From Microcystis aeruginosa NIES-843 (GTDB taxonomy: Bacteria > Cyanobacteriota > Cyanobacteriia > Cyanobacteriales > Microcystaceae): a stretch of 32,000 bases of DNA. Where the stretch lies: contig NC_010296.1 of NCBI RefSeq assembly GCF_000010625.1, positions 5,340,001 to 5,372,000 of the forward strand, in the 5' to 3' direction. Positions 15,609-24,188 of the stretch are shown one piece after another. Position 1 is the stretch's first letter, and every line of letters begins with the position of its first letter. The notes under the pieces are model-generated. The model saw nothing but the letters and a program-made list of their open reading frames with translations. It ran no database searches and was not told the origin of the DNA. The translations under genes and the position numbers were made by a program.

Positions 15609-15664
15609 CTGATCAGTGATAACTGATAACTGATAACTGATAACTGATAACTGATAACTGATTA
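15609..15664 (+). repeat. Heptamer tandem array (CTGATAA)n, STRR-like
   Basis: ctgatcagtgataactgataactgataactgataactgataactgatta. The partner arm CAGTCAACAGTAAACAGTGAACTGATCACTGATAAC lies at 15447-15482. The array ends 39 nt upstream of the fabZ ATG. Confidence 0.9.
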
Positions 15665-15703
15665 TGAGATAATGTCTGATCTCACTTGTAATTTTTGACT
15701 TGC

Positions 15704-16183
15704 ATGACCATCGTTACCGAAGCCTTAACCGAGTTGGAACCAGTCATAAAAACTACCTTTACCGTCGAGGAAATTCGCCAACTACTGCCCCATCGTTATC
15801 CCTTTGCCCTAGTTGATCGTATTATTGACTATGTACCCGGTCAAAAGGCCGTTGGCCTAAAAAATGTCACGATCAACGAGCCTTTTTTTCCCGGTCATAT
15901 TCCCAATCGTCCCTTGATGCCGGGGGTGTTAATTGTTGAATCCATGGCCCAAGTGGGGGGAGTGATTTTGACCCAATTACCCGGGATGAAAGGGAAATTT
16001 TTTGCCTTCGCTGGCATTGATAAAACCCGTTTTCGTCGTCCTGTGGTGCCGGGGGATCAATTGATCATGACGGTGGAATTATTATCCTTCAAGATGAATA
16101 AAATTGCTAAAATGCAAGGGGAAGCAAGAGTCGATGGGCAATTGGCCGCTCAGGGCGAAATGATGTTTTCCATCTTTGATTGA
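15704..16183 (+). CDS. fabZ: 3-hydroxyacyl-ACP dehydratase FabZ
   Basis: [42 protein letters not shown] and the hotdog-fold C-terminus. I prefer ATG 15704 over the TTG at 15695 used by the track. Confidence 0.95.
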   Translation: MTIVTEALTELEPVIKTTFTVEEIRQLLPHRYPFALVDRIIDYVPGQKAVGLKNVTINEPFFPGHIPNRPLMPGVLIVESMAQVGGVILTQLPGMKGKFFAFAGIDKTRFRRPVVPGDQLIMTVELLSFKMNKIAKMQGEARVDGQLAAQGEMMFSIFD

Positions 16184-16186
16184 CCT

Positions 16187-16954
16187 ATGAATTTTGATCG
16201 AGATCGTCTCCGACAAGAACTAAATTTATTTGCTATTCTAGGGGCTTTTATCACCAATATTTTCGCTAATATTTTCCCTCTCAACGGCGAAAATATCGGG
16301 GCTATCTCGAATACAGTTTTTCAAGATGTCTTAATTATTCCCGCTAATTATGCTTTTGCTATCTGGGGATTAATCTATCTGGGTTTAATTAGTCTGGGAA
16401 TTTACCAAGCTTTGGCTTTCAATAAAAATGAACCGCGTTTGCGTCGGTTAGGCTACGAATTAGCCATCGCTAGTGCTTGTCAGATTCTTTGGGTAATTCT
16501 CTTTCAATCCCGTTTTTTTACCCTGTCTTTACTGGCAATGCTAGGCATTTTAATTTCTCTCATCCGGCTTTATCTCCGCTTAGAAATTAATCGCTTGATT
16601 GTCAATCGTAAACAGGGTTTATTGGTTAATGCTCCTATTAGTATCTATTTCGCTTGGATTACCGTAGCCACGATTGTCAACGTCGCTTCGGTGCTAGATT
16701 GGATCGACTGGCAGCCATGGGGTCTAACTGACCGGATCTGGACGGTAATAATTCTGGTTATCGGGGCGATAATCGCAATTTTAGTCGGTTTAAACCGAAA
16801 AGATCGGGCTTTTATCGGGGTGTTTATCTGGGCTTTCTTGGCGATCGCTGTTAAACAGATTTCTCTGCCTCTAATTGCGATAACGGCGATTATATTAGCG
16901 ATTATCCTAACTTTTCTGGTTTTTAGTGGCAGTTTTCGTCCTCTGAGTCGTTAA
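16187..16954 (+). CDS. Multi-pass membrane protein, TspO/MBR-related family (tentative)
   Basis: 255 aa with at least 6 hydrophobic helices. PANYAFAIWGLIYLGLISLGIYQ and PISIYFAWITVATIVNV resemble TspO/MBR-related proteins from memory. Confidence 0.6.
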   Translation: MNFDRDRLRQELNLFAILGAFITNIFANIFPLNGENIGAISNTVFQDVLIIPANYAFAIWGLIYLGLISLGIYQALAFNKNEPRLRRLGYELAIASACQILWVILFQSRFFTLSLLAMLGILISLIRLYLRLEINRLIVNRKQGLLVNAPISIYFAWITVATIVNVASVLDWIDWQPWGLTDRIWTVIILVIGAIIAILVGLNRKDRAFIGVFIWAFLAIAVKQISLPLIAITAIILAIILTFLVFSGSFRPLSR

Positions 16955-17427
16955 AATGCGGGATCACAGCGAATTTCGACGATAAAGCCATCGGGATCGT
17001 AGAAGTAAACCCCCCTGCCAGTCGGACGGGTCACGGGTCCACTAGCAATAGTAATTCCCTGACTTTGTAGCACTTCTAGGGCAAAATCGAAGCATTCGGG
17101 GGCAATATCGAAGGCTAAATGGTTGGCACGGGTAAAAGCGATTTCGGGATTGTCGTCGGGAGGGTTTAAATCTGGTTCCCAAAATAGGTCAATTACTGTA
17201 CCATCGGGGGTGATAAAATTGGCCACTTTTCCCTGGGCAACTAATTCTTTTAAGGTACTGGGAATTTTTTCCCCCTTTAATTCCTCTAAGCCTAATATTT
17301 CCCCATAAAAATGACGAGAAGCCTCCATATCTTTGACGTTGAAAGCGATATGATGGACTTTTCGCAGTTGACCGATTTTGAGTTTTTTTGCGGTTACGGA
17401 AGGGCTAATAGTCATTTTAGTTATCAT
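16951..17427 (-). CDS. VOC-family (glyoxalase/bleomycin-resistance/dioxygenase fold) protein
   Basis: HHIAFNVKDMEASRHFYGEILGLEE ... HLAFDI ... GVYFYDPDGFIVEI. Its 3' end overlaps the convergent upstream gene by 4 nt (TTAA). Confidence 0.85.
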   Translation of the reverse strand: MITKMTISPSVTAKKLKIGQLRKVHHIAFNVKDMEASRHFYGEILGLEELKGEKIPSTLKELVAQGKVANFITPDGTVIDLFWEPDLNPPDDNPEIAFTRANHLAFDIAPECFDFALEVLQSQGITIASGPVTRPTGRGVYFYDPDGFIVEIRCDPAF

Positions 17428-17453
17428 TTATCAGTAAAGGATTGGGGGATTTT

Positions 17454-17565
17454 TCAGTGAACAGTAATCAGTAATCAGTAATCAGTGAAAAGACAGCACT
17501 ATTAATGTCATTTAATACTCCTCATTTAATACCGCTAACTGATAACTGATAACTGATAACTGATT
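17454..17565. repeat. Heptamer-array element: (CAGTAAT)n, conserved core, (CTGATAA)n
   Basis: cagtgaacagtaatcagtaatcagtaatcagtgaaaagacagca...ctaactgataactgataactgataactgatt. The arms are near-inverted. The core is homologous to 22715-22823. Confidence 0.85.
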
Positions 17566-17571
17566 GGCGAC

Positions 17572-18390
17572 TTAAGAGTTAATTTTTTGCAATAATTGCC
17601 GAATTGATTCCGCATCTTGGGCGTTGGGTAGGAGAGCAAGATAGAAGCCTAAATCCTGTTGCGCTTGGCTGAATTGTCCAATTTGATAGTAAACTAAACC
17701 TCGATCGCGCAGCTCTAAGGGATGATTAGGAATGAGCAAAAGTAGCAGCTCTATTGTCCGAATTGTCTGAGACCATTGTTGACGATTCAGGTAAATATAT
17801 TTTAAATTAGTCAACAAACGTAACAAAATTTGCTGATTGGTAGCAATATTGAGAAAATGTTCTTCTAATTTAACTGGCTGTTGATAAACCTGACTTAATC
17901 TTTCTTGACAGTCCTGTTTAAATAAGATTTCACCACCGTGAAAGGGATCGACAAAAATTTCCACTTCCTCGAAATCGGGACGGATAATAAAATGGCCCGG
18001 CATACCAATTCCTACCATGGGAAAATCGATCTGTTTGGCAATCTCTAAGTAGATAATCGAGAGAGTGAGCGGAATACCCGTGCGGCGATCAATTACGTCA
18101 TTTAAGTAGCTATTGCGGGGGTCATAGTATTCTTGGGTATTACCGGTAAATTGTAAATCTTCAAACAAATATTGATTGATAATCTTGACTATTTTTAAAG
18201 GATATAATCTATCGGGTAAACGTTTTTTTACCTCCTCAGCCATTAAATTTATTCTATTTAAATAGTGATCAATATTGAGGCGCGGATATTCAAAATTGGC
18301 TATTTGTAGGGCTGCCCGAGCTAGATTTATCTCAGGGTCAGGATGTTGAATTGTTTCGATGAAGGCTTGGTATAAGAGTGCAAGGGTCAT
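17572..18390 (-). CDS. SirB1/YchA-family protein (transglutaminase-like N-domain plus TPR-like C-domain)
   Basis: 272 aa. RTGIPLTLSIIYLEIAKQIDFPMVGIGMPGHFIIRP and C-terminal LELRDRGLVYYQIGQFSQAQQDLGFYL parallel E. coli SirB1 as I recall it. Confidence 0.7.
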   Translation of the reverse strand: MTLALLYQAFIETIQHPDPEINLARAALQIANFEYPRLNIDHYLNRINLMAEEVKKRLPDRLYPLKIVKIINQYLFEDLQFTGNTQEYYDPRNSYLNDVIDRRTGIPLTLSIIYLEIAKQIDFPMVGIGMPGHFIIRPDFEEVEIFVDPFHGGEILFKQDCQERLSQVYQQPVKLEEHFLNIATNQQILLRLLTNLKYIYLNRQQWSQTIRTIELLLLLIPNHPLELRDRGLVYYQIGQFSQAQQDLGFYLALLPNAQDAESIRQLLQKINS

Positions 18391-18462
18391 TAGAAAAGGG
18401 TATTAATCAGATTATCAACTATTTTAACCGATCCTTCCGATTTTATCGCTTCTCTTTTCCGA

Positions 18463-19263
18463 TCACCATTCAATATTCAGCAATTTAGATGAGCTTTCCC
18501 GGGAGAAGTAGCGAGAAATCTTGTCAAGGTCTAGATTAACCACCGCTTTTTCTAAAGGGATCGTGCGACAATTTTTATTTTGAGACTGCACTTGATAAAC
18601 TAATTGATTTGTCCAATCTAAAGCAGTTAACCAACCACTTTGAGGATGATAAACCCCAGTTTCAATGTCTAGCCAACCGCTGCCGCGAGCTAGTTGTCCC
18701 GGTTTGACATCGGGAAAGGTAAAGGTTAAAGTATGACCTGTGATAATTAGTTTATCCTTGAAATAGGGTTGGGTCATGGCATGAAATTCGTTTCTAATCC
18801 AACAAAACTGCTCGTTTGTTTGCTGTTCAAGGGGATATTCTGGTTGTACTCCCGCATGAACTAACCAAATATCTCCTAGGTCTAAATAAGCGGGTAGGGA
18901 TTGAAACCAATTAATATGCTCGGCGGGTATATTGTTATTATAACTTAGTAGTGTCGCCGCCCCGCCACTCTCGATCCAGCCGTTAAACCATTTTTCAGAA
19001 ACTTCTTTTCCTGCCAGAGCTTTTAAGAGCATATATTCATGATTTCCTAGGAGACACTGGTAGTTATTTTTGATGACAAAATCCACCACTTCCAAGCTCT
19101 GCTGTCCTCGATCGATTAAATCCCCCAGAAAATAAACCTCATCCTCACTATCGGGAGCAACTCGGTTTAATAGTCGCAAAAGTGTCTGAAAACTGCCATG
19201 CACATCTCCGATAATAATACGACGCGGTTCTTGAGTCTGTTTCCCTATTTTTTTAAAAAACAC
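18463..19263 (-). CDS. Metallophosphoesterase, PPP-family Ser/Thr phosphatase-like (PrpA/ApaH type)
   Basis: GDVHG, GDLIDRG, GNHE, VHAG and GHT motifs occur in the canonical order. The start is a GTG and is uncertain. Confidence 0.9.
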   Translation of the reverse strand: MFFKKIGKQTQEPRRIIIGDVHGSFQTLLRLLNRVAPDSEDEVYFLGDLIDRGQQSLEVVDFVIKNNYQCLLGNHEYMLLKALAGKEVSEKWFNGWIESGGAATLLSYNNNIPAEHINWFQSLPAYLDLGDIWLVHAGVQPEYPLEQQTNEQFCWIRNEFHAMTQPYFKDKLIITGHTLTFTFPDVKPGQLARGSGWLDIETGVYHPQSGWLTALDWTNQLVYQVQSQNKNCRTIPLEKAVVNLDLDKISRYFSRESSSKLLNIEW

Positions 19264-19407
19264 ACACCCCTCTCTAATTGCTGAGATTGCTACTCTTTTA
19301 TCGCTAAAAAAGCAGTTTTTATAAGGTCTTAATTTTATTATAGGACAAAGCTTTCCCTCTGACAGTCACTGGTTTTGGGGAACGCCGGAACTGCGGGAGA
19401 AAGGCTG

Positions 19408-19529
19408 TAAGTAGGTGGGTGGAATTAAATATAAGATGAACTTAGGTTGGGTTTCATGCTTCAACCCAACTCCCGCTCATGTTACGCTACCGCTAACCCA
19501 TCCTACAAATAATTGTGCCTCCCTACTTA
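19408..19529 (+). repeat. TAAGTAGG-type short repeat / MITE, copy Y (122 bp)
   Basis: Termini TAAGTAGGTGGGTGG...CCTCCCTACTTA. Hairpin GTTGGGTT-TCATGCTTC-AACCCAAC at 19446-19470. Track ORF 19415-19624 is an artefact of it. Confidence 0.85.
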
Positions 19530-19716
19530 ATTGTTTTGTAAAGTATTTTTGCAATCTCTGGGCAGGGAGCGGACAGGTTATGGTATTATTTTTTTATGAT
19601 GAGTTTTTATATAATTGGATGTAAGTGTACATCATTAAACGCAAAAATTCCCATTATATAAAAAAGTATCTCAAAAAAATGCCCACTTGTCAAGCATGAT
19701 CAAAAAAAAAGTTTTT

Positions 19717-19903
19717 GGTTCTTCGTTACTTGGTATGGTTCGATAGGGGGTCATAAATCGACTAAATCCTTATCTGGTAAGAGACTTAATTGATTAGTTC
19801 GCTCTAGATCAAAAATAATTGACAAAAATCGCTAAATGCCTTTCTATATAAGGGTTCCATCCCTTATAACCCCCGTCCATTGCATAACAATTACCGAAGA
19901 GCC
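19717..19903. mobile_element. 188-bp MITE, copy 2
   Basis: GGTTCTTCG...CGAAGAGCC termini. The 8-bp target duplication AAGTTTTT lies at 19709-19716 and 19904-19911. Confidence 0.85.
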
Positions 19904-19951
19904 AAGTTTTTTTTTGAGATTATAATAAAAAAAAATTAGTTTTCTGCTTCT

Positions 19952-21103
19952 ATGATAACCCTAATTAACGCTAGAATTCCCGCCCATCAGGATCGACAAC
20001 AAATAGAGATAAATACTGCTGGAAAGATCGAGAGGATAACGGAGATGGGGGGAAAGACAAGAGGGGAAAAGATTATCGATATGGAAGGGGATTGGCTATC
20101 GTTGGGAGGAGTAGATTTACAGATCAACGGAGGGTTAGGATTAGCATTTCCCGACTTAGAAATAACAGATCTAGAAAAGTTAGATAAGATTAGCGATTAT
20201 CTTGAGAATCAGGGCATTGATGGTTATCTGCCCACCTTAGTAACCACGTCTGTGGAGAAATTTCAAAAATCCCTCTCAGTAATTGCCAAATATATCGAGA
20301 AACAGAAACAGGAAAATCGAGCGAGCGCGCAGGTTTTAGGAGTACATTTAGAGGGACCATTTTTAAACTATGAAAAAAGGGGGGCGCATCCGGCCCAATA
20401 TCTTTTAAACCCAAGTATAGAAACAATAGATAAAATCTTTGGGGACTACTTATCGATCGTAAAAATTATCACCCTAGCCCCAGAATTAGATAGTAGCGGT
20501 ACGGTGATTAAATACTTAAGCGATCGAGGGATTACCGTCAGTTTAGGACATTCGCAAGCGAGTCAAGAAATAGCAAAAGAAGCCTTTTTACAGGGGGCAA
20601 AAATGGTTACTCATGCCTTTAATGCCATGCCTCCTTTACACCATCGTCAACCGGGGTTATTAGGGGAAGCAATTATCAATGGCGAGGTGTATTGTGGGTT
20701 AATTGCCGATGGTCAACACATCCATCCAACCATGATAAAATTATTACTAAAAGCCAGTAATTATCATCGAGGAATTTTCTTAGTTAGTGATGCTTTAGCG
20801 CCGATCGGTTTAGAAGATGGTGTCTATCCTTGGGACGAGAGAGAAATTGAAGTTAAACAGGGAACAGCAAGACTTTTTGACGGTACTTTAGCGGGAACAA
20901 CCTTACCCTTATTACAAGGAGTAGCCAATTTAGTTAACTGGGGAATATGTGATTTAGAAACGGCGATTCTTCTAGGGACAGAATCCCCCAGAAAAGCGAT
21001 CGGATTAGCGGGTTTATCGGTGGGACAACCTGCCAACTTTTTGCGCTGGCAATCGGCATCAAATTGGGAAAGATTGGATTTCAGTCAGCATTTTGGCCTC
21101 TAA
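19952..21103 (+). CDS. nagA: N-acetylglucosamine-6-phosphate deacetylase
   Basis: GGVDLQINGG, GVHLEGPFLN, SLGHS, VTHAFNAM, ADGQHIHP and LVSDAL follow the amidohydrolase NagA pattern. Confidence 0.93.
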   Translation: MITLINARIPAHQDRQQIEINTAGKIERITEMGGKTRGEKIIDMEGDWLSLGGVDLQINGGLGLAFPDLEITDLEKLDKISDYLENQGIDGYLPTLVTTSVEKFQKSLSVIAKYIEKQKQENRASAQVLGVHLEGPFLNYEKRGAHPAQYLLNPSIETIDKIFGDYLSIVKIITLAPELDSSGTVIKYLSDRGITVSLGHSQASQEIAKEAFLQGAKMVTHAFNAMPPLHHRQPGLLGEAIINGEVYCGLIADGQHIHPTMIKLLLKASNYHRGIFLVSDALAPIGLEDGVYPWDEREIEVKQGTARLFDGTLAGTTLPLLQGVANLVNWGICDLETAILLGTESPRKAIGLAGLSVGQPANFLRWQSASNWERLDFSQHFGL

Positions 21104-21502
21104 CTGTTGAATGAGGGTATCGAGATCCACTTCGAGGCGATTAAAACATTCAGGGGGGGAAAGATCGGGTTGAAAATAAATCAATTTTACCTGACCATCA
21201 CCGATAGCAACTATAGCCACTTCTTCCCTGGGATTATAGCGATAGATAATCCCAAGCATCTCTTGAATTTTACAATTAACCTTGCGATTTAATTTCTCTA
21301 GAGCCTCCCTAGAACAACAGACAAAATGGGGCTGGGGTTTAAGATCGATGCCCAGGGTTTCTTGGGCATCTTCTCCCCATTCCGAGAGTAAACCCCACAT
21401 TAAACCGGCTAATTCCTGTTGATTTTCTTGCACGAATTGATCTAATTGATAGCGCCATTGATTAGCGGGATCATCGGGGATTGGTTGTTCAAATCTCATC
21501 AT
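21059..21502 (-). CDS. Conserved-looking hypothetical protein (147 aa)
   Basis: AAGAGG lies 5 nt upstream of ATGATG. Composition is balanced. No family recognised. Its 3' end overlaps nagA by 45 nt. Confidence 0.65.
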   Translation of the reverse strand: MMRFEQPIPDDPANQWRYQLDQFVQENQQELAGLMWGLLSEWGEDAQETLGIDLKPQPHFVCCSREALEKLNRKVNCKIQEMLGIIYRYNPREEVAIVAIGDGQVKLIYFQPDLSPPECFNRLEVDLDTLIQQLEAKMLTEIQSFPI

Positions 21503-21509
21503 TAGCCTC

Positions 21510-21547
21510 TTTTCAGTTATCAGTCTTCAGTTATCAGTTATCAGTTC
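21510..21547 (-). repeat. Heptamer array (CTGATAA)n on the minus strand, 7 nt upstream of the 21502 start
   Basis: Plus strand reads ttttcagttatcagtcttcagttatcagttatcagttc. The minus strand reads ...CTGATAACTGATAACTGAAGACTGATAACTGAAAAGAGGCTAATGATG. Confidence 0.85.
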
Positions 21548-21663
21548 TTAATAAGGGGTGTGCCGATCCCCCCTACCCCCCTTGATAAGGGGGGTGCCGA
21601 TAGGCGGGGGGATCCCCCTTAATAAGGGGGGGAAGCTGACAATTTTTAACACCTACCTACTTA
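21548..21663. mobile_element. G6/C6-hairpin MITE copy C (left end missing)
   Basis: Hairpin modules plus the right terminus AACACCTACCTACTTA. The terminal TTA (21661-21663) is the stop codon of the aldo/keto reductase gene. Confidence 0.75.
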
Positions 21664-22674
21664 ACGACGGTACTCATCACCGCAATCACCGATTAACTGC
21701 AATAAATCCCGGGATTTTTGCAAGACATGATCAATTTTTTGATAGTCTTGGGGGGATAATTGAAAATCGAAAATACGGGCATTTTCTTGGATATGTTCAG
21801 CAACACCCAAACGCACCCCGATAATTGCCCCAGCTACGGCTTTTTGTTCGAGAACGTAACGCACTGCCACATTAGGAATGGTGACGTGATAGGAATCAGC
21901 GATCGCTTTAAGAACGGTTAATAATTCTTGGAATAATTGCCAGTTTCCCCAAGCATTGATCATGTTTTTATATTTCCGTAAACTAGCGGTATTGAGACTC
22001 ATGGGATTGGGTTCAGGATGACCGAGATATTTTGCCCCTAATAAGCCTCCTGCTAGAGTACCATAGGCGAGTAGATAGATGTTATGTTCTTGGCAAAATT
22101 GTGCCATTTTGACGAGGGGACGGCGATCGATTAGAGAAAACTGGACTTGATTGGAGACTATTTTAATCCCGGTGCTGAGAATAATTTTTAAATGTTCCGT
22201 GTCGAAATTAGTCAAGGCCAGGTGTTTAATTTTGCCTTCCTGTTGTAATTCTCCTAAAAAATATAAGGCATCTAGATAATTTTTATCGCGATAATCCCAC
22301 CAGTGAAACTGCAATAAATCGAGACTATCCACATCCATACGACGTAGGGAAATAGCGATATTTTTTGCGACTATTTCCTTAGTCATTTTACCCGGACGGG
22401 GAACCCATTTAGTGAAAGCTTGCAGATTATTTAAAGCATCAATGCCCCTTTGGGCGACTAATTGACGACGAAATTCACCGATAAAATCTTCGGCTGGACC
22501 GTAATGATCGGCCAGATCCCAAGTGGTGAAACCGGCATCTAGATAGGAAAACATACTAGGGATCGCTTTTTGGGGTGCGATCGAACCATGGGCGCCTGAA
22601 ACTTGCCACATTCCGTTCAAAATACGACAAATTTCCAGATCGGGGGTAAACTGTAAGCGACGAGATTCGGACAT
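21661..22674 (-). CDS. Aldo/keto reductase family oxidoreductase
   Basis: 337 aa. FTTWDLADHYGPAEDFIGEF, LDLLQFHWWDY and IKHLALTNFD fit the AKR TIM-barrel pattern. Confidence 0.9.
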   Translation of the reverse strand: MSESRRLQFTPDLEICRILNGMWQVSGAHGSIAPQKAIPSMFSYLDAGFTTWDLADHYGPAEDFIGEFRRQLVAQRGIDALNNLQAFTKWVPRPGKMTKEIVAKNIAISLRRMDVDSLDLLQFHWWDYRDKNYLDALYFLGELQQEGKIKHLALTNFDTEHLKIILSTGIKIVSNQVQFSLIDRRPLVKMAQFCQEHNIYLLAYGTLAGGLLGAKYLGHPEPNPMSLNTASLRKYKNMINAWGNWQLFQELLTVLKAIADSYHVTIPNVAVRYVLEQKAVAGAIIGVRLGVAEHIQENARIFDFQLSPQDYQKIDHVLQKSRDLLQLIGDCGDEYRR

Positions 22675-22714
22675 GGGGACTTTTCAGTGTTGCCAAAGGC
22701 ACGGCGTAGCCGTC

Positions 22715-22823
22715 CAGTAAACAGTAAACAGTAATCAGTGAAAAGACAGCAGAAAACTGCCATTGAATACTGCTCACTTAATATTCTATTCTCCTACTGA
22801 CCACTGATCACCGATTACTGATT
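22715..22823. repeat. Heptamer-array element, second copy of the 17454-17565 type
   Basis: cagtaaacagtaaacagtaatcagtgaaaagacagca...ctgatcaccgattactgatt. It shares CAGTAATCAGTGAAAAGACAGCA and a similar core with the 17.5-kb copy. It lies 40 nt upstream of the 22674 start. Confidence 0.8.
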
Positions 22824-22925
22824 CAAGACAGATCGATTGTACCTGTCCAGAAAAAAGCGGCAAAGGGGAAGACTTTCGGAAAAATCTCCCCCTTTTTGGG
22901 TTTCTGCTGCTCAATTTTTGCTGGG

Positions 22926-23243
22926 TTAATATTCCACTTCCAATCGCGCTGCGGTGACAGCATCAAAAGCGAAAGCGAGAACTATAGGCATGGGACAAGC
23001 GAGGGTGATACAGAGAATTAAAGCTGTCAGAGTCAATCCGATCGCCACTCCTAACCAAAGTTTTTCGGCAGGGGATAGACCTTTTTGGCGCTTAATGTTT
23101 TGTAACACTTTGGTGGGAATTGGTTCTGGCATCACGGCATTGGGAGGGAATGCCCAATAATTACTGTAGCGTTCGAGAAATAGCTCTGTCCAGCCGTTTT
23201 CTTGACACCATTCTTGAATCCATGGTTCGTGAAAGTGTTTCAT
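22926..23243 (-). CDS. Hypothetical membrane protein (105 aa)
   Basis: Soluble Trp-rich N-terminus (HEPWIQEWCQENGWTELF) followed by one or two TM helices. No family call. Confidence 0.65.
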   Translation of the reverse strand: MKHFHEPWIQEWCQENGWTELFLERYSNYWAFPPNAVMPEPIPTKVLQNIKRQKGLSPAEKLWLGVAIGLTLTALILCITLACPMPIVLAFAFDAVTAARLEVEY

Positions 23244-23488
23244 TGCTTCCCTGTTAACTTTTTCCAGTGATTACTATAAACATCTCCTGATGTGAATTTC
23301 ATCCTAGCAAAGCTATCTTAAGGGTCGATCGGATTCAATAAAACTTAATATATGAGTAGTCGGTGGGTAAAATGTATTCTAAGATACAGTGCCAGCGAAC
23401 GACCAGAACGAACCACAAAGACACAAAGGACACAAAGATCGATCGCTCCTATATAAGTTAAACCGATCACACAAAAGGAAATAATTGT

Positions 23489-23608
23489 TAAGTAGCTGGT
23501 TATAATTAAATTAAAAATGGGTTTGAGGTTCGATCCCCCCTGCCCCCCTTGATAAGGGGGGTGCCGATAGGCGGGGGGATTTGAAAGTTTTTAATACCTA
23601 CCTACTTA
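23489..23608. mobile_element. G6/C6-hairpin MITE copy D
   Basis: TAAGTAGCTGGTTATAATTAAATT...AATACCTACCTACTTA. The terminal TTA (23606-23608) is the stop codon of the adjacent cyclo-ligase gene. Confidence 0.8.
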
Positions 23609-24166
23609 AAAAATTTCGGTTCTCGATTCGGTACAGATTGCCTGTAATTTTTGGTCCCAAGTATCGAGGGGAAGGGTATCGAGATAGGCAAAGTCAAAGA
23701 CAATCCCGATCGAGGGGATAGCTTGCCATTCGGGGGAATGTAGGAGACGATCAAAATAACCCCCCCCGTAGCCTAAGCGATAACCTTGGCGATCACAGGC
23801 GACGGCGGGAATTAACAGTAAGTCCACTTCAGCCGGTAAAATGACAGGAGCGATCGCTGTTGGTTCGTAGATGCCATAACGATTTAATTCTAGGGGATCG
23901 TCGGCAGTCCAACAGTGCCAAGTCAGGCTATCTCCGTCACAACGGGGAAAACCCCAGCGATGGTGTTGGCAAAATAAGGAACTTAAATCCGGCTCTTGAC
24001 GATAACTGAAGTAAGCGAGAATGGTTTTAGCGTGGTGAAAGAGGGGTAAAGATTGTAAATTTTTGCAAAGTTGCTGACTATTTTCTTGCCAAATATGCTT
24101 AGGAAGCGCTCGTCTTTGGGCAATTAGTTGTTTGCGTAATTGGGCTTTTTTGGTAGCAGAATCCAT
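23606..24166 (-). CDS. 5-formyltetrahydrofolate cyclo-ligase
   Basis: 186 aa. KKAQLRKQLIAQRRAL, ILAYFSYRQEPDL, YGIYEP and LLLIPAVACDRQGYRLGYGGGYFDR match the family signature. Confidence 0.9.
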   Translation of the reverse strand: MDSATKKAQLRKQLIAQRRALPKHIWQENSQQLCKNLQSLPLFHHAKTILAYFSYRQEPDLSSLFCQHHRWGFPRCDGDSLTWHCWTADDPLELNRYGIYEPTAIAPVILPAEVDLLLIPAVACDRQGYRLGYGGGYFDRLLHSPEWQAIPSIGIVFDFAYLDTLPLDTWDQKLQAICTESRTEIF

Positions 24167-24188
24167 AAAATAGAGATAAATAGGAGAG

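Noticed and set aside
19415-19624. 69-aa plus-strand ORF
   Set aside because: It starts inside repeat copy Y and translates the GTTGGGTT hairpin. It has no coding signal.
19921-19926. TATAAT 26 nt upstream of nagA as a promoter -10 box
   Set aside because: No credible -35 hexamer occurs at 16-18 bp spacing, and the region is generally A/T-rich. It was left as a remark only.
21558-21824. 88-aa plus-strand ORF
   Set aside because: It begins in MITE copy C (poly-Gly/Pro from the G/C hairpins) and continues antisense to the aldo/keto reductase gene.
22862-22900. A-tract / GGGGA...TCCCC / T-tract as a bidirectional terminator downstream of the 105-aa gene
   Set aside because: The stem is only about 5 bp with a 17-nt loop. 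This is too weak to call without folding energy calculations.
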